Below, piece by piece: positions 39,990 to 53,222 of a stretch of DNA of 64,000 nt. The translations under genes and the position numbers were made by a program. Each line of letters opens with the position of its first letter. Position 1 is the stretch's first letter. The DNA comes from Paraphysomonas bandaiensis (lineage: Eukaryota; Protista; Chrysophyceae), in contig CBFFRP010000182.1 of assembly GCA_965644295.1 (NCBI GenBank), forward strand, positions 1 to 64,000. Direction: 5' to 3'. The notes beneath the pieces were generated by a model. The model was not told where the DNA came from. It did no database searches and was given only the letters and a program-made list of their open reading frames with translations.

Positions 39990-40696
39990 TTAGATTTGCA
40001 TATCGTTTACGATGGAGAGTTTTATAATAATGTTGCAATCAGGGTTTATCTAAGTGACCAAAACTGTACAAATTTAAAATACTTTCATAGAAGGTCTACA
40101 ACTAACAACTACTGCTTACTATGAGGTAATATAGTGCTAATCAATTGCAGTGCGTAGTGTTAATGCACGTAATATCTAGTATTTCAAACTTCAACTAACC
40201 GCGAATAGTGAATATATTAGTCGGATTAGGAATTTACAAACTGGTATGATGCTTGGTGACATTGATGCAGTGAAAATGACCAAATCAATATGCCTGTCGT
40301 ATAGCTACCACCAGAGAGGATCTCTACTTACCAAGTCAAGAATGATCAAAGGCTTACAGGATATAGAATATGATCTGACAACGTTAGAGAAAGATGTTGT
40401 TATAGTATAGAGTATAGTAATGGTAACAGTTTAGTTCTGACATGTGTTGCAGTTACTGAGAGCAGATGTTCACCATACACCAGGTCATACATAACACATA
40501 CATAAATAATGTGTTTATAATTCTTACTTAAAGTACATTGCGTAAGCAAATCTAGTTTAATTAATGAAAACGCTACCTAATAACAGTATTTCAATATATT
40601 GTTCCCTAACCCTGGTTTAACATGACAAAAACCAACGGTGCTTTCTACACTAAACGAAATTCACATATACATTATATTGCGCCTTCACAAAAATTC

Positions 40697-41664
40697 TTAT
40701 ACAGAGCAGAATACCCTGCGTGCATTCTCCGATGTTATGCGAGCAATATCATCAGGAGACATATCTAATGCTTCGGCCAGCGAAATGCAAGCACCATGGA
40801 TGTAGTAAGGTTCATTACAATTTCCTAAAAGAGTCTCGCAAAGGGGAAATTTATTAGTCTCATTAATCCACTTAGGTTTCTGATCTGGGGAGTCGGATTC
40901 TATTAGCAGCCGGTTAAGAGGAAGGGAGCGTATCATGTCAGACTCCGAAGTGGAGAGTGGTACACAACCATTGAATGAGAAATATACATTACCAATCCGA
41001 ACAAACGCGGCAGCTATATCGATAGGTATCCGGTTGCAGGAATGCAAGACATAACATATAGAGTGGGAGTGATCAGCTATGGTGAAATGTTCTGTCATAT
41101 CGCGAAGGAGCTCTAGCAGTCGCCCCCATGCCTTGACGCAATGTAGGGTAACGGGCCTCACAAGCTGCTGGGCTACTCGAATATGCTTCCGCAAGACAGC
41201 TTCTTGAACATCCATAGGTACACGCTTCTTAATCACCTTATCGAGGCCACACTCACCAACTCCAGCTGACGGGAAATCTTGCAATACCCCAACCAAATAA
41301 TGCTCTAACCGATCACATAATTTGGCGACATCAACAGACCTTGATTCAGAACAGGCAGTTGGCTCATCCTCCATGTCAAAATACTTGTGTATCCACCAAG
41401 GATGCAGACCAAACTGAGGTAATATACAGGGGTATTGTTCATACAATCTCTTAACTCGCTCCCAGTCCGGCCCGGGGCTAACACCGCACACAGCAAACTG
41501 CTCTACAGAACATGATCGAGCGTTAGATATAGCCTGATGGGCGCGGTCAAATAACGGGTCCAGCTGTAAGTGACAATGGCTATCAAACAACTTAGTTGTG
41601 GTTGATATCTATATGGGCATCCAAACGTTAACGAGAATTGTCATAGAGATATAAACAATACCAT
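40697..41664 (-). CDS. TatD-family DNase
   Basis: DSHCHL, GLHPW, VGECGLD, LHCVKAWG, LLIESDSPD. The probable first exon contributes only ATG (41662-41664), followed by a GT..AG intron. Confidence 0.92.
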
Positions 41665-41845
41665 CCTCGCAACAGATATCTTATATTTATAAGCTGCAGC
41701 ACTCATGAATGAACATTTCCAAATGGATCAAGCTCTAACCACCTCAGTGTTATTATTCAATAACTCTCCTCATTTGTTTTTGATATGAGACATAATACAC
41801 TTGCATTGATCCAACACGATGGGGCCGGATTTAAAAGCTTATATA

Positions 41846-41929
41846 CAGACCACTCGCGATATAACGCGGTTCCAATATCGACTTCGATATATCGCGATTT
41901 TCTTTGACAGACCTGCATTATATTGCGAG
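41846..41929. mobile_element. Pogo/Tigger-like MITE remnant
   Basis: TA-CAGACCACTCGCGATATAACGC start. Imperfect inverted repeat at 41853-41867 / 41915-41929. Confidence 0.3.
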
Positions 41930-42269
41930 CTAACTCGAAAAAATATGCTTTTTGTTTTTTTTGCCTTACAATATGTACATTTTATGCAGAACATACTGCT
42001 ATTTATATACACAGTAAATCGGAGCAAGAAATATCCTGTCAGAGTAGCAAGAGATGATAATCATTAATCGAGTTAGTTCAAAAGTAATGGTACCTCTAGA
42101 CCTCGCATAAGCTGGTTGGAAAGCAAATGAAGCAGTCACTATAATGAAGAGTAGAACACCAAAGATTTTCTATTAGTTTTGATGGTGTGATGTGATAACT
42201 GTTGTACGAGTTGTTCGAACTTACATATATAGATTGTGTACATACATACACGTACGACGCGTACTGATC

Positions 42270-42465
42270 ACGAAAAGGTTCTGGGTAGAATGTTTTTTAA
42301 GGCTAATTTTGACATCAATGATGATAACAACAATGCAGAAGAAATGAAAACTGAGTGATATGTACTGGAGGAATCCAATCCATGTGAAAGCTTGTTTAGC
42401 TCTGTAAAGTTGGTAATCGTATGTCTCCGACCACGTCTAACATGCTGCGATTCTTAAAATCGAGT
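42270..42465 (+). pseudogene. hAT transposase C-terminal dimerisation-domain remnant
   Basis: Frameshifted SNPCESLFSSVKL...NRMSPT...LRFLK resembles the SxxxERxFS...LFLK motif. Confidence 0.35.
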
Positions 42466-43209
42466 ATATACCATTGGCTTAATGCAGCTATAAAATCAGA
42501 CAAAGCTAATGACAAGTCTGAGGAGTCGTGGGTGGAAGGAAAATAGTGTAATCGAAATTTACACTTGTATTGACTAAAAATTTTAGCACTTCAATCTAGT
42601 CATTTGTTATAGCTTAATTGAAAGTTTGAGTACGAAATATATTGAACCGTCTTGGGATACTATTTGGCATTCTGATGGCTAATTGACTTATTGATCTTTA
42701 TTATTATATGTTGTGGTAAACGTAATAGGCAATATATTACAATATTTTGTTGATAAGCGCTGATATTTACACTTCCCACTAAAGAAGAAATTTACCTTCA
42801 GTTCTCTTGTATGTTACCCTTTCAACTTGTTTAATTAGTCAGCATATTTTATATTATAACTCTACACTTTACCACATAAAGTTATATTACATATATCGTT
42901 TTACAACAGCATTGGTATGAATAGGTTGAATATTATTTTCCCGAATATGTCATTTAATGGTATCTTGTAAAAATAATGGACCCATTTGGACGTTCTACAT
43001 TCTAATTGCTTCCATGAACAGGGGTATACCAGTTCACTATATATTATTATGAAAAGTAAATTCACAAAGTCGGATGTATCCCAACTAAATTTGAAAGCAA
43101 ACATATGAATACTAAATTCTCTGCACGACAAATCTAACGCCCAACACTTCATGCATTCATATGCATTGTAGCCAAGGCATTTACTCGCCAACTACATGAA
43201 ATCCAAAAG

Positions 43210-44555
43210 CTACATTTTTTGTAGGCCCTTAATAATATCACGAGTATCTTTGGGAACAACAGTGGAAGTGCTACCACTGGAGCCTGTATTGCTGGTAGCG
43301 AATCTAGCCTTCGAAAAGGCTCCATAGAGCTTCTCCTGCGAAGCTTTGGCAGTGGATATACTCTCTGTGAAACTCTCCAGTCCACTAAGAATAGTATCTA
43401 TTAGGTTACCCATATTATCCACACACCCATCGAACTGTGAACTTTCCGGCATGTCCTGTATACGAAGACCATAAGGTTTACATATTTAAAAAATGTACTT
43501 CTGCCACAATATTACGAGAAGTCACAGTTCACTATATAGTTACATAACACAATGTGTGAGTAAAACTACAAACCTCTGTTTTGGTATCCGTATGCTGACT
43601 GTTTTCGAGATCCTGTAAAGTAGCACCTGTTACTGCTACTCCCAGCTCTTCCTCCATTGCCTCAAGATTATCAGTATATTTACGCAGCACACGAAGTTGG
43701 TCTTGTAGTTTCTACAGATAATATCAAAAGTAGTAAAAGTTAGATACAGCAAACACTAACAGATAAATGTATGACACCGCTCAGAATCGCACAACGATAA
43801 AGTATAAACGGTACAGTGGAAAAATTATACATTACAGCAAGGGCATCTTACAACCTCCAGTGTTTTCGCGGCTGATTTCTGCTTTACCGCCTCCCGAGCC
43901 GGTACCTCTGGGTGAAACTCCAACGCCTTTTCTTCACCGTGGATACCCTCCTCAACTGCACTCGGAAGATTATCCAGCACACTTAGCATTGGACCAAGGA
44001 CTGCATCCCGACCAGCACATTTCTCGGTTTTGAAAAATGCTGATAATCCCCTTCGTTCTCTAGTACATACTGCACGGACTAAATCAACTGCGATCTCCCC
44101 GTGAGACACTGGGTCTCTAGACTTGGAGGTTCTTCGTTTCTTGTGAGACCTACCAGAGGATACAGTCGACTCGGACAAAAGCTGCGCAGCCTCCTCCGCA
44201 TTAAACGATATTTTCGGATAGTGCGCCTTCATCTTTTTGTCTTCGTTTTTTCCTCCCTTACTTGGACGTGAGCCTTTTGCCTTCGTACTGCTAGGAGTTC
44301 GTTTTGTGGATGTTTTATTGAGGCTTGGAGTAGAGCGAGTAGTGCTCTGTTGTTCCGATGTTGACGGTCGTGGTCTATAGTCATTATATATTATAAAATA
44401 TAAATTAATACTTTCACTGACCTTTTCAAGCCGGATGATTTTCTTGAACTATCATCTGCAGTTGGACTTGTTCGGCGTGATGTTTTCGAACTCGATTTCG
44501 GAGATTTTCGTTTTTTCTCGAGATGATCATAATCTACTCGCTCTATTTCCAACAT
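43210..44555 (-). CDS. Hypothetical multi-exon protein, possibly kinetochore Dsn1/Mis13-like
   Basis: S/K/R-rich N-terminus, C-terminal coiled coil, terminal PKDTRDIIKGLQKM helix, GT-AG introns. The gene is well supported; the family guess is weak. Confidence 0.5.
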
Positions 44556-45302
44556 GGTTTCAGATCATATTAAGAACCACATGAACAATACCTACCTGGA
44601 GCCACAGGTTTGGATGTTTTTCTAAAGCCAGGTTTCATATCACTCGATGAGTTTAAACGAAATCTGACATATCCAGATAATAATATCAACACAGAGGTTT
44701 TTGATACAGTGTTTATGTATCGGGATAGTGTCAGTGGATTATGTTGTTGTTATTTCAATTCTACCTTTGAAGCATACCAACATCACACTATGAACACAAG
44801 TGTATATAACAGAGACTGTATATACAGTATATATACGGATCGAGATTTGAAATTACTGTCATTTTTAACAGTTCATTTTATTTTGTGTATAGAAATAAGG
44901 ATAAGTAGAGAATATCCCAATATCCTCACATACATTGTTCGAATTATCCCATTTTGTATAAATTTACTATTTTCAACCTAAAATATTGAGTTTTTTCACA
45001 AAAAATGTAATATTTTTTGATTCCAATGAGGATACTGCGTATGTGTGCAGCGGTGTACAGGCAGCAGTTAAAGTGAATGATTATGAGAGGGATGCGAAAA
45101 AGAAAATAACGCTGGTAGTGTATGAACACGGTGAGTTATATGAATATTATGCCCCTGCAAAAGATGGACAGTGTATGATTCTGTATGCTACTGTATTGAT
45201 TGCACTGGGCCATAAGTGTCGGTGTATGACTCACGGTGAGTCATAAGTGCCGCAGTCAGTACAGTCAAACAAACTGGGTATAATTTACCATTCATAGGCA
45301 AA

Positions 45303-45809
45303 ATGCTATTTTCGATGCTTTACTTTTCACAATGCATTGTGCTGGGACTGCATCTTCATGTCTTGCATAGTGCTGATGCTGTAGTTTACGGTAATCCAAC
45401 GGACACTCCACTGAGAAATTGTCAGTGGTGGCGTTGGTGGTACTGTAGACATGATTCCCACACTAGTTATCCGACTCAATTTCCATCAGCTGAACCTACT
45501 ATTCATCCGACGGTTGCACCGTCGAATACACCAACTTTGCGTCCATCTAATGCACCATCCGACTGGCCTTCTATAACACCCTCCTTCGTACTATTATCAA
45601 GCACAATGCCATCTATAGATTCTACCTTACAACCAACCACTTCTGTCACGTCTTCTGGGGACAGCTCCACGGGTGCACGGACAACCCATTCTAATAAGAC
45701 GTCGAGAAAGTCAACACAAATGGCCATTTTAATTTCGTTTTGTGGTACAGTATTGGTGTTTCTCATTCTTACTGTTTGGAAAGGTATAACGAAAGATCAG
45801 GATAGTTGA
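45303..45809 (+). CDS. Small membrane protein with P-T/S repeats
   Basis: Signal-like N-terminus, YPTQFPSAEPTIHPTVAPS repeats, C-terminal hydrophobic helix. Confidence 0.55.
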   Translation: MLFSMLYFSQCIVLGLHLHVLHSADAVVYGNPTDTPLRNCQWWRWWYCRHDSHTSYPTQFPSAEPTIHPTVAPSNTPTLRPSNAPSDWPSITPSFVLLSSTMPSIDSTLQPTTSVTSSGDSSTGARTTHSNKTSRKSTQMAILISFCGTVLVFLILTVWKGITKDQDS

Positions 45810-47600
45810 TTTTTATTTTATATAATTATAAAATTATTCTAAAAGACGTCTTATGGTAAATTAGAGATTTCAAGAGTACGCTATATGTGTTGGACGCTTG
45901 GCATGACTATGTCAGTAGCAAGTATACATATCCCTTACAATATGACACAAGGACTTTTATTGGTTAACTATATTCTTTTCTGGCAACTGTTTACGTACGT
46001 TAATTGCAGAATATTTTAGGTCGTATGATTTTCTTGTGCACACGCGCTATCCGCAGGATAATTGTCGGTACATAAGAAATTTATAATAATTTCCAGTCAA
46101 ACTCTAAAATACACGGACGTGCATTCCGCTACATGGCGTTATAAGTATTGACTAGAACAAAGAGAAACACGTGGTTTGACAACAGATCATATATTTTCCG
46201 CGAATTTTAATTAGCCCTCAAAGTTTATAAATATTTTCCTACTTTTAGTTAGAACAACTATACTGACTTCGGCACTTACGACTCACCCTATGTCACACTG
46301 ACACCTCCAGTGCAATCAATATAGTAACAGACAGTCACTTACATTTGCCATCTTTTGCAGGGACGTAAAACGCATATATATATTTAAATATTCATAACAT
46401 TCTTGCTGCTCTAAATGTGCTGCAATAATTAATTATCATTTCGAACAAATTTTCCTGCATTCTTGAAATCATTGAAACGTTTATTATCTGGAAGCCGAAG
46501 AGTATTTCGCGTACGATGCCTTGATACTTAGACCACCGACAACTTGTTGGAAACGATCTTGTTTAAGGTCAGAGCCTGCTATGTTGTATCCTATGGTGCT
46601 TGTTTGGCTCGCTTCAAGGTAAGTTCCATTCCACACAAGGTTTGGGCACAATTCGTGCCACAAGTCTCATTTATGCGGTTTATGCGGTATAGTAACAAAA
46701 ATACTAATACTTAAAATTGAAACGACATATTACCTCTATCATAGATGCATAGTACAGTATAAACGCTCTCGAAGGTGTGCTGACAAAGTCGTCATCTGAC
46801 TGCAATGTGTATCTATCGGAATTTCTGGTCACTGTGGTAGCATTCGACCTTATTCTCCGTAAAAAACAGGTACTTGCATTGGCAGACCGCTAATTCAATA
46901 CTATGAAATGCATGTTACATCCTGATTCTTTTCAGTCTGCGACAAATCATACATGACAGATGAGATCACTTACTATTGGCGCCATTCTACTCTCGAACTG
47001 CAGTAATCATTCATATGATTCACAGTTGAATTATTTCCACAAGAGTAAGATCAACAGCCAGATACTAAACACAACACGACGCTTATAGCAACAACTGAGT
47101 GGACTAACTCCCTGCCATGGTAAAGCAAAGATATGCCCCCCTCTGAATATACGCACAGCAGTGTGTGAGTATTTTAGAAGTTTTGCAATTAATATTTTAG
47201 AAATGTGCATATTTTATCTATATTTATGAAAATACGTGTTTTCTAAACAACAAATTAAATCCCTATGAAGTATATTGGTTGGATGAAAATATTCCAATGC
47301 CATGGAATCTATCGGCAGTCAGCATCTAAGTTTTCGGAAACAAATTGAAGCATAAATCTTCTATATTACTGTAATACAAATACGGCTAGAATACATATAA
47401 TTGTTGTCTCAGTATTAGAGGCATCTGTCAACAAAAATATACAAAGGATGCCGATACACATGGTCGTTGGATGATACCCTTCAGTCCAACTCCACTTGTT
47501 CTTACAACTAAGACTGATTGCTCAATCCAATGCATTCATATGCAATGTTTCCATCATAATCTCAAAATGATTATCGCTAGAATTCATTTCTATTCACACT

Positions 47601-49046
47601 ATGCCAACTTTACCATCGATATTCCCATTTTCAAATGCTATCAACAGCGTCGAGCTGCACTATCAGAGGCTCGACGACAAGCGTCAGCACAGAACAAAGA
47701 GGGACATTGTTGATAGAATACTAAAAGTTTTAAACTCTCCATATTCTAAACCTGATCTTTTATATACTACACTGAAGTCTATTGAGGAGTTTTGTAGTGT
47801 GAGTGATAATATCAAGCGAGACCTTGTCACAGATGGCTTGTGCAAGTCCCTCCTCTACTCCTTACAGATATCTGTGAAGAATGACCAAAAAATATCTATA
47901 AAGTATATACTAAGATGTGTATTTCGTTTAATGTGGTTGGATGATAGTTCAACGTATCCTGCATCTATCTTTCAAGCTTTCGTCGATGAATCACTCTTCG
48001 ACAATGTCCTGAAGATTCATGAACTGTACCAGAAAGAACCATCTATTGTTAAACCTCTAGGATATATTGTACGGTTTATGTCAGAAAAAGGATATATTCC
48101 AGATTTTATGCCTAGCTCGGTAACAACCTACGTCGAGGACATTGCGATGTGTCTCCTTCGTAAACGTACTACAGTCGTTGACCTATACAACTACAGCAGA
48201 GGGATTGCTTTCTTGTATGATGCTGTTAAGCGAATGTCTGATGTAGTAACACCAGCATTGAAGCGTATTCTACATGAAAGTGGACCTATAATTAAATCAG
48301 GCAGCAGTAACAGAGTATTTTGCACACTTATGATCTTCCACGTCTGGACTCCCAAACATCTACCCTCTGGCCTTGACCCAAATCAGCTATGTGTCCGAGC
48401 GGTACATGCACTTAGCGCAAACCTTGGAAATACTGAAGTAGTAGCCGCGGCAGCATTGGGACTAACAGCCGCTCTTCGACCTTATATTCCTCATGGAGAT
48501 GCTTCTGAAAGCTGTATTGTACGGAAATCCTGTCGAAAACTTCAACGATTCCTACTGAGCAGTACTCCTATACCCGATATCCTTATAAAAGCCATATATC
48601 GGCATCATGGATGCTATCGAGTGTTGATTACACTGCTTGAGTGCTTTCATGCCCTTTTTAACAGTGGTCCTTGCTCAGATCCGACATCCTATCATACCAT
48701 CAAATCCACTGGAACGGTCAACAATAAAGAATTTGATAAAGAAAAAGACGGTGAATATTACGAAGGGCGATGTGCTCGTCTACTTCGTCATTGGGGATCA
48801 TTTATTCACACTGCATGTCTGAATGCAAGGTGGGGACGCAGAAAAGCATTCTGCTTATTTCTGGCGTGTTGTTGTCCGTCATCATGTATCAATCGTTCAT
48901 CTATGTTGAATGATGACAACGGGAAAGAATTTCCACCTCTATCCCTTATATTCAATCATATTGCACCTGTGGATGACAATACTTCACCAGTTCATGCCGT
49001 CTTTTTTTCGAAGAGGCTGTGCACCGCTATAGCTGGATACCTTTAA
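47601..49046 (+). CDS. Hypothetical ARM-like protein
   Basis: Intact 481-aa ORF with a helical-repeat composition. Confidence 0.6.
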   Translation: MPTLPSIFPFSNAINSVELHYQRLDDKRQHRTKRDIVDRILKVLNSPYSKPDLLYTTLKSIEEFCSVSDNIKRDLVTDGLCKSLLYSLQISVKNDQKISIKYILRCVFRLMWLDDSSTYPASIFQAFVDESLFDNVLKIHELYQKEPSIVKPLGYIVRFMSEKGYIPDFMPSSVTTYVEDIAMCLLRKRTTVVDLYNYSRGIAFLYDAVKRMSDVVTPALKRILHESGPIIKSGSSNRVFCTLMIFHVWTPKHLPSGLDPNQLCVRAVHALSANLGNTEVVAAAALGLTAALRPYIPHGDASESCIVRKSCRKLQRFLLSSTPIPDILIKAIYRHHGCYRVLITLLECFHALFNSGPCSDPTSYHTIKSTGTVNNKEFDKEKDGEYYEGRCARLLRHWGSFIHTACLNARWGRRKAFCLFLACCCPSSCINRSSMLNDDNGKEFPPLSLIFNHIAPVDDNTSPVHAVFFSKRLCTAIAGYL

Positions 49047-49551
49047 TCAACTGTTAACTACCTATATTCAGTTATACATATTTTGTACTCCTACCTTTGT
49101 CATTGTTTTGATGTGCGTTTGACAACTAATTGGTTTATGCTTTGTTCACTAATGTATTCAAAAATTGTTTTAGTTTACCCACAAGCATTAGCAATACACT
49201 TTTTGTGTTTTACTTTGCGTAGTACTCAGTATTACGTGTCTACACATTTACAATAATAAAAGTTCTACGTCATCTTTAAAGTATATGTTGGTGTTGCTAC
49301 TTGCATCAATACCCTATAGCACCACAAAAAGTGTAACAATGCACCAGTAGAACAGGAACTCAAAATTCCGTTGTTGAAACTCTAATAGGTAATGGGTGTT
49401 TGTCCAATTTGAAATTGTATGGAATACTACGAGTAAGTGCAACATATATATATATGCGTGAATAATATTTGGAATGTAGGATATACTCATATACTCATTT
49501 ACTCTGGCCTATGCTGTCATATTTATCAAATTACTTCCTAGCAGCCATTAC

Positions 49552-52500
49552 TTAATGCAAACAAATTGAAAACACTCTAACACAATGATCATCACCACCA
49601 GACGCTAATTTCAGGCTACCCGAGTCGCCACATGATAGTTCCACGTCATTATCATTACTGTTGTCTAGGAAATCTTCTTTCCACCGAAGACATCGTACGG
49701 ATGCACCATGAGCGTATCTATCAGAAACATTGTGCAGAAGAACGGCGGTGTATTCGCCAGTCGGACCACCCCAAACCACGTTCCATATAGATACTCCTCC
49801 GCACTCACCTCCTACTGCTAAGAGCCATCCTTTGAATGCCTTGTTGTTTACATCACTGCACTCGACCTCCTTGGTTTTGGTACCACATATGGCTGTCACC
49901 GCTGTGCCACTGAAAGGGGAAAATGTTTCCTTGCATATCATTTCACATCGAGGGGGTGTTGGCGAACTGGTAACAGATGATTCCACGGCCCAAAGCTTCA
50001 CATGTCCATCACGAGAGGCCGTAGCGAATGCATTTGACCCATCGCCAAACCACCTGAAAGAAGACGTAACCCACCAATGCCTACTATTATTTCGATCTAC
50101 TTACGTTACATCCCAAATGATTCTCTTGTGGGCACTGCGCAGAAAAGCACTTACAGTAAATGGTTGGGGCTCTCCCGGAGTTGCCTCGTACATGCACAAT
50201 GCTCTATCTTTACCTCCGCTAATCAGATATCTGTATCCGATTACAGCATATAAACAACTCAAAACTGTACTTGTGCAAGGAGAGTCATACCTGGAATTTT
50301 CAGAAAACTCGAGCGCAGTAACTGTACTTTCGTGGCCTGGAAGTGCAGCAACGCATACCATTCTACATAAATCAAACATGAGCACTTCCAATCAGTACTT
50401 GAATCAAATTAGTTTTCGACAATAAGTCAAACAGTGCTGAACTTATGCTCAATTTTATAACGTACACAATATATATAATCACACCGTTTCGTTTCCCACA
50501 CAAGTATAGCTGAAGATGTCGCATCTCGTCCTTTGGCAGCTGAGGCAATCCACTGTCCACACTTGGACGCAGTCAGACATACTACGTCTCCACGATGTCC
50601 ATGCATTTTGTGGGTTTCTGGCCATATAGTATGATCTGCCAGTTGGCCCTCCAGAGGAACATCTTCCCAATTCAAAGACTCTACTCCTCTCGAAGCTTGT
50701 TCCTTGGCCTCGTCGGCACTCATTTGACTGGCAGGTTTGTTTGAAAGGCCCAGCTCGGGTATATAAGCACTGTGAATCCTCTGAGATGATCCCTCATGAT
50801 TCCCATCTTTTTCACTCTTGACGACATCACCAGCTGCGGTATTACCACTTAGTTTGTGGAGTCCCTCCAACACCAACAAGGGAGCCTGAAATGCCCTGAT
50901 AGCTTTTTCATCGCCACCTGAGTAGAAGCAGAACGCTGGAAAATGCGCCATTTGAATACATGACAGATCGTAACCATGAATCTACATCGTATATAGAGGG
51001 GTCAATAAAAAAACAACCAATATACATATAGACGCCAAAATTTAATAAACTATGTTCAAAGGGCTCCATTCACTGCTATCAACAGCTAAATTTCTTACCT
51101 GGGGACGAGACAGCTCTCTCCACATTCCCTGTTGACTCCTAACCGGAGCAAATAGACGACAAGTCTGATCAGATGATACAGATAGAACGTGGTCCTCATT
51201 TGGCCCCCATATGACATCCCGGACAGCTCCAAAATGCCCCGTAATAAAAGGCACAGGGCGCCACGCTTCCTGGTCCAAACACTCCCCTCCTTGACCACAA
51301 GGAGTGGACGAGATATCTGACTGCCACAGATGAAATGATCCTCCATATCCAATCCCAATGATGCTTTCAGTATTGTCGGCAACTCCAGCACACCCTCCCA
51401 CGAATCCAAGTAGATTACCTCCAACGGATCCACCAAGATTGCCTCCGATATCCCCCATTCGAGTTGTTGGTAGCCAGACCCCTTCGATGTCATCTGGACG
51501 CCAGATCACCATATTGCGATCCATGGAAGTCGTGAACAGTCTTAGAGCAGTACCTGGCATCCAGTGCACAGAAGTAACCCAGTCTTCATGCCCAACTAAC
51601 AGAGTTTCCAAATATACCGAATAGATAACATTCTCAGATGATGAATATTCAGCAGATGAATACTGCGAAGATAAGAAAGTGCACCTTGCTTCACTGGTGT
51701 TATCCTCCAATGCTGAAAGAGTTGGCTGTTGTACAACACATTCTTCCTCATCCTCATCGCTGTCTTGATTAGGATCAGTACATTCTTGAAACGTCTCTAC
51801 GCCTACCGCGCTGCTGTGTCTACTGGGGGATATCTTCCAAATTCGTATCTTTGAATCCTGGGATCCAGATGCAAAGTATAAGTCTTCCCCGTGCCCCCCC
51901 GGCATACGCAACCCCCCTGATAGACTTGTAATCCAATCCTCATGACCGGATAGATTACCAGCCATAAAACTGCGATTCACATATTCAGCACGATCTGGAA
52001 ATGCTGGTATTACTCGAATATGCACACGGGAGTCCACAGCACCAACTAAAAGAAACACGGAAGTGATGGAGGTGTTACCAGAGCTCTCAAGAGCAGGGGC
52101 AGACACAAGTGAGAGGCACTGCGGCATCTGTGCTGGTGGGAGATCAACCAAATCTACCACAGCCCAATCGTCCCTTTTATCATATGGACGGAACCAAGTT
52201 ACTAGACGTCCCTTCGAGTTGGAAGCAGAAATAAGGCATCCATATGAAGTTGTGATTGAAGAGTGACAGGTCACAGAAGTCGCTAAATCAACCAGCGTAC
52301 TACTCATATGCCACACGTGCAAAGATTCATCTTTGAAATGTCTCCATACGATGACACGCCCATCTTCGCCGGAAGATACTATTTCGACGTATTGATCATC
52401 AATAGCGCTGGTCAGTTTCGAGACAGACGTTACGCGGCCAGAATGTCCTTTTAATGTACAAAGTATACTCTACCAGTAAAGTCAATTACATCATATTCCA

Positions 52501-52664
52501 TAACTATTGTAGGTGGTGCTTACCTTGGTGTCAAAATCAGCAACAGCGATTTGGTTGTGGGTAGCAAACACTAAAATAGGCCCTTTAGCGATGCCTTCGA
52601 GCCATGCCACACCATTAGCAACTGTGTTGGATGCGGTAGATATAAAATTACAAAGCGATCTCAT
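49552..52664 (-). CDS. ELP2: Elongator complex protein 2 (WD40), multi-exon
   Basis: GHEDWITSL, SGSQDSKIRIW, LVGHEDWV, TGHFGAV, ELSRPQ|IHGYDL, DEKAIRAF, LGLSNK, HTIWPE, AHKRIIWD. Confidence 0.95.
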
Positions 52665-53222
52665 GTAGTAATCGAATGAATAAGAAGATTAATAAGAGCT
52701 TTAATTATAACAATAGTCGATCACTACTCTTCAGTATATAGTCGCTTCACTGATAATCAATACTCACTGTTACACATTAGCGATACATATCCCTATGATT
52801 ACGAATAGATATGTCTCTCAGTAGGCTTAAGTATAAGGCACGATTAAGTATATTATGGCATATATTCTTATGGCATATGGCCCATATATACAATTGATGG
52901 CTGAACTTCATGCCATAGTCTGCATACATATATGTATGCAGCAGTATACCCGTATAACAGTATACCGTACTCTATGTACCATATAAAAAAATAAGAAAAA
53001 GCGGAATTTTAGGAAAGAGTATGCAATAATTTTTATATCTAAAAATTAGAGTTTTCACATAAAAGTAGGTGAAAAGTGAAAGACGACCGTTGAGAGAGAA
53101 AAATCATATTGGAGACACTGTTTTTAAGGGAAGTTGTTGTTCTTCAATACCTGCCTTAGACTTCGAAGTCGAAGTGAGCTGATACTACTTGAAGAGTATA
53201 GTTGTGTGTAGCTACTATACAT

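Noticed and set aside
40295-40442. Solo LTR (TG...CA)
   Set aside because: No TSD and no second copy in the window.
44588-44599. U1 snRNA 5' end (ATACCTACCTGG)
   Set aside because: No downstream U1 structure or Sm site; better read as a minus-strand splice donor.
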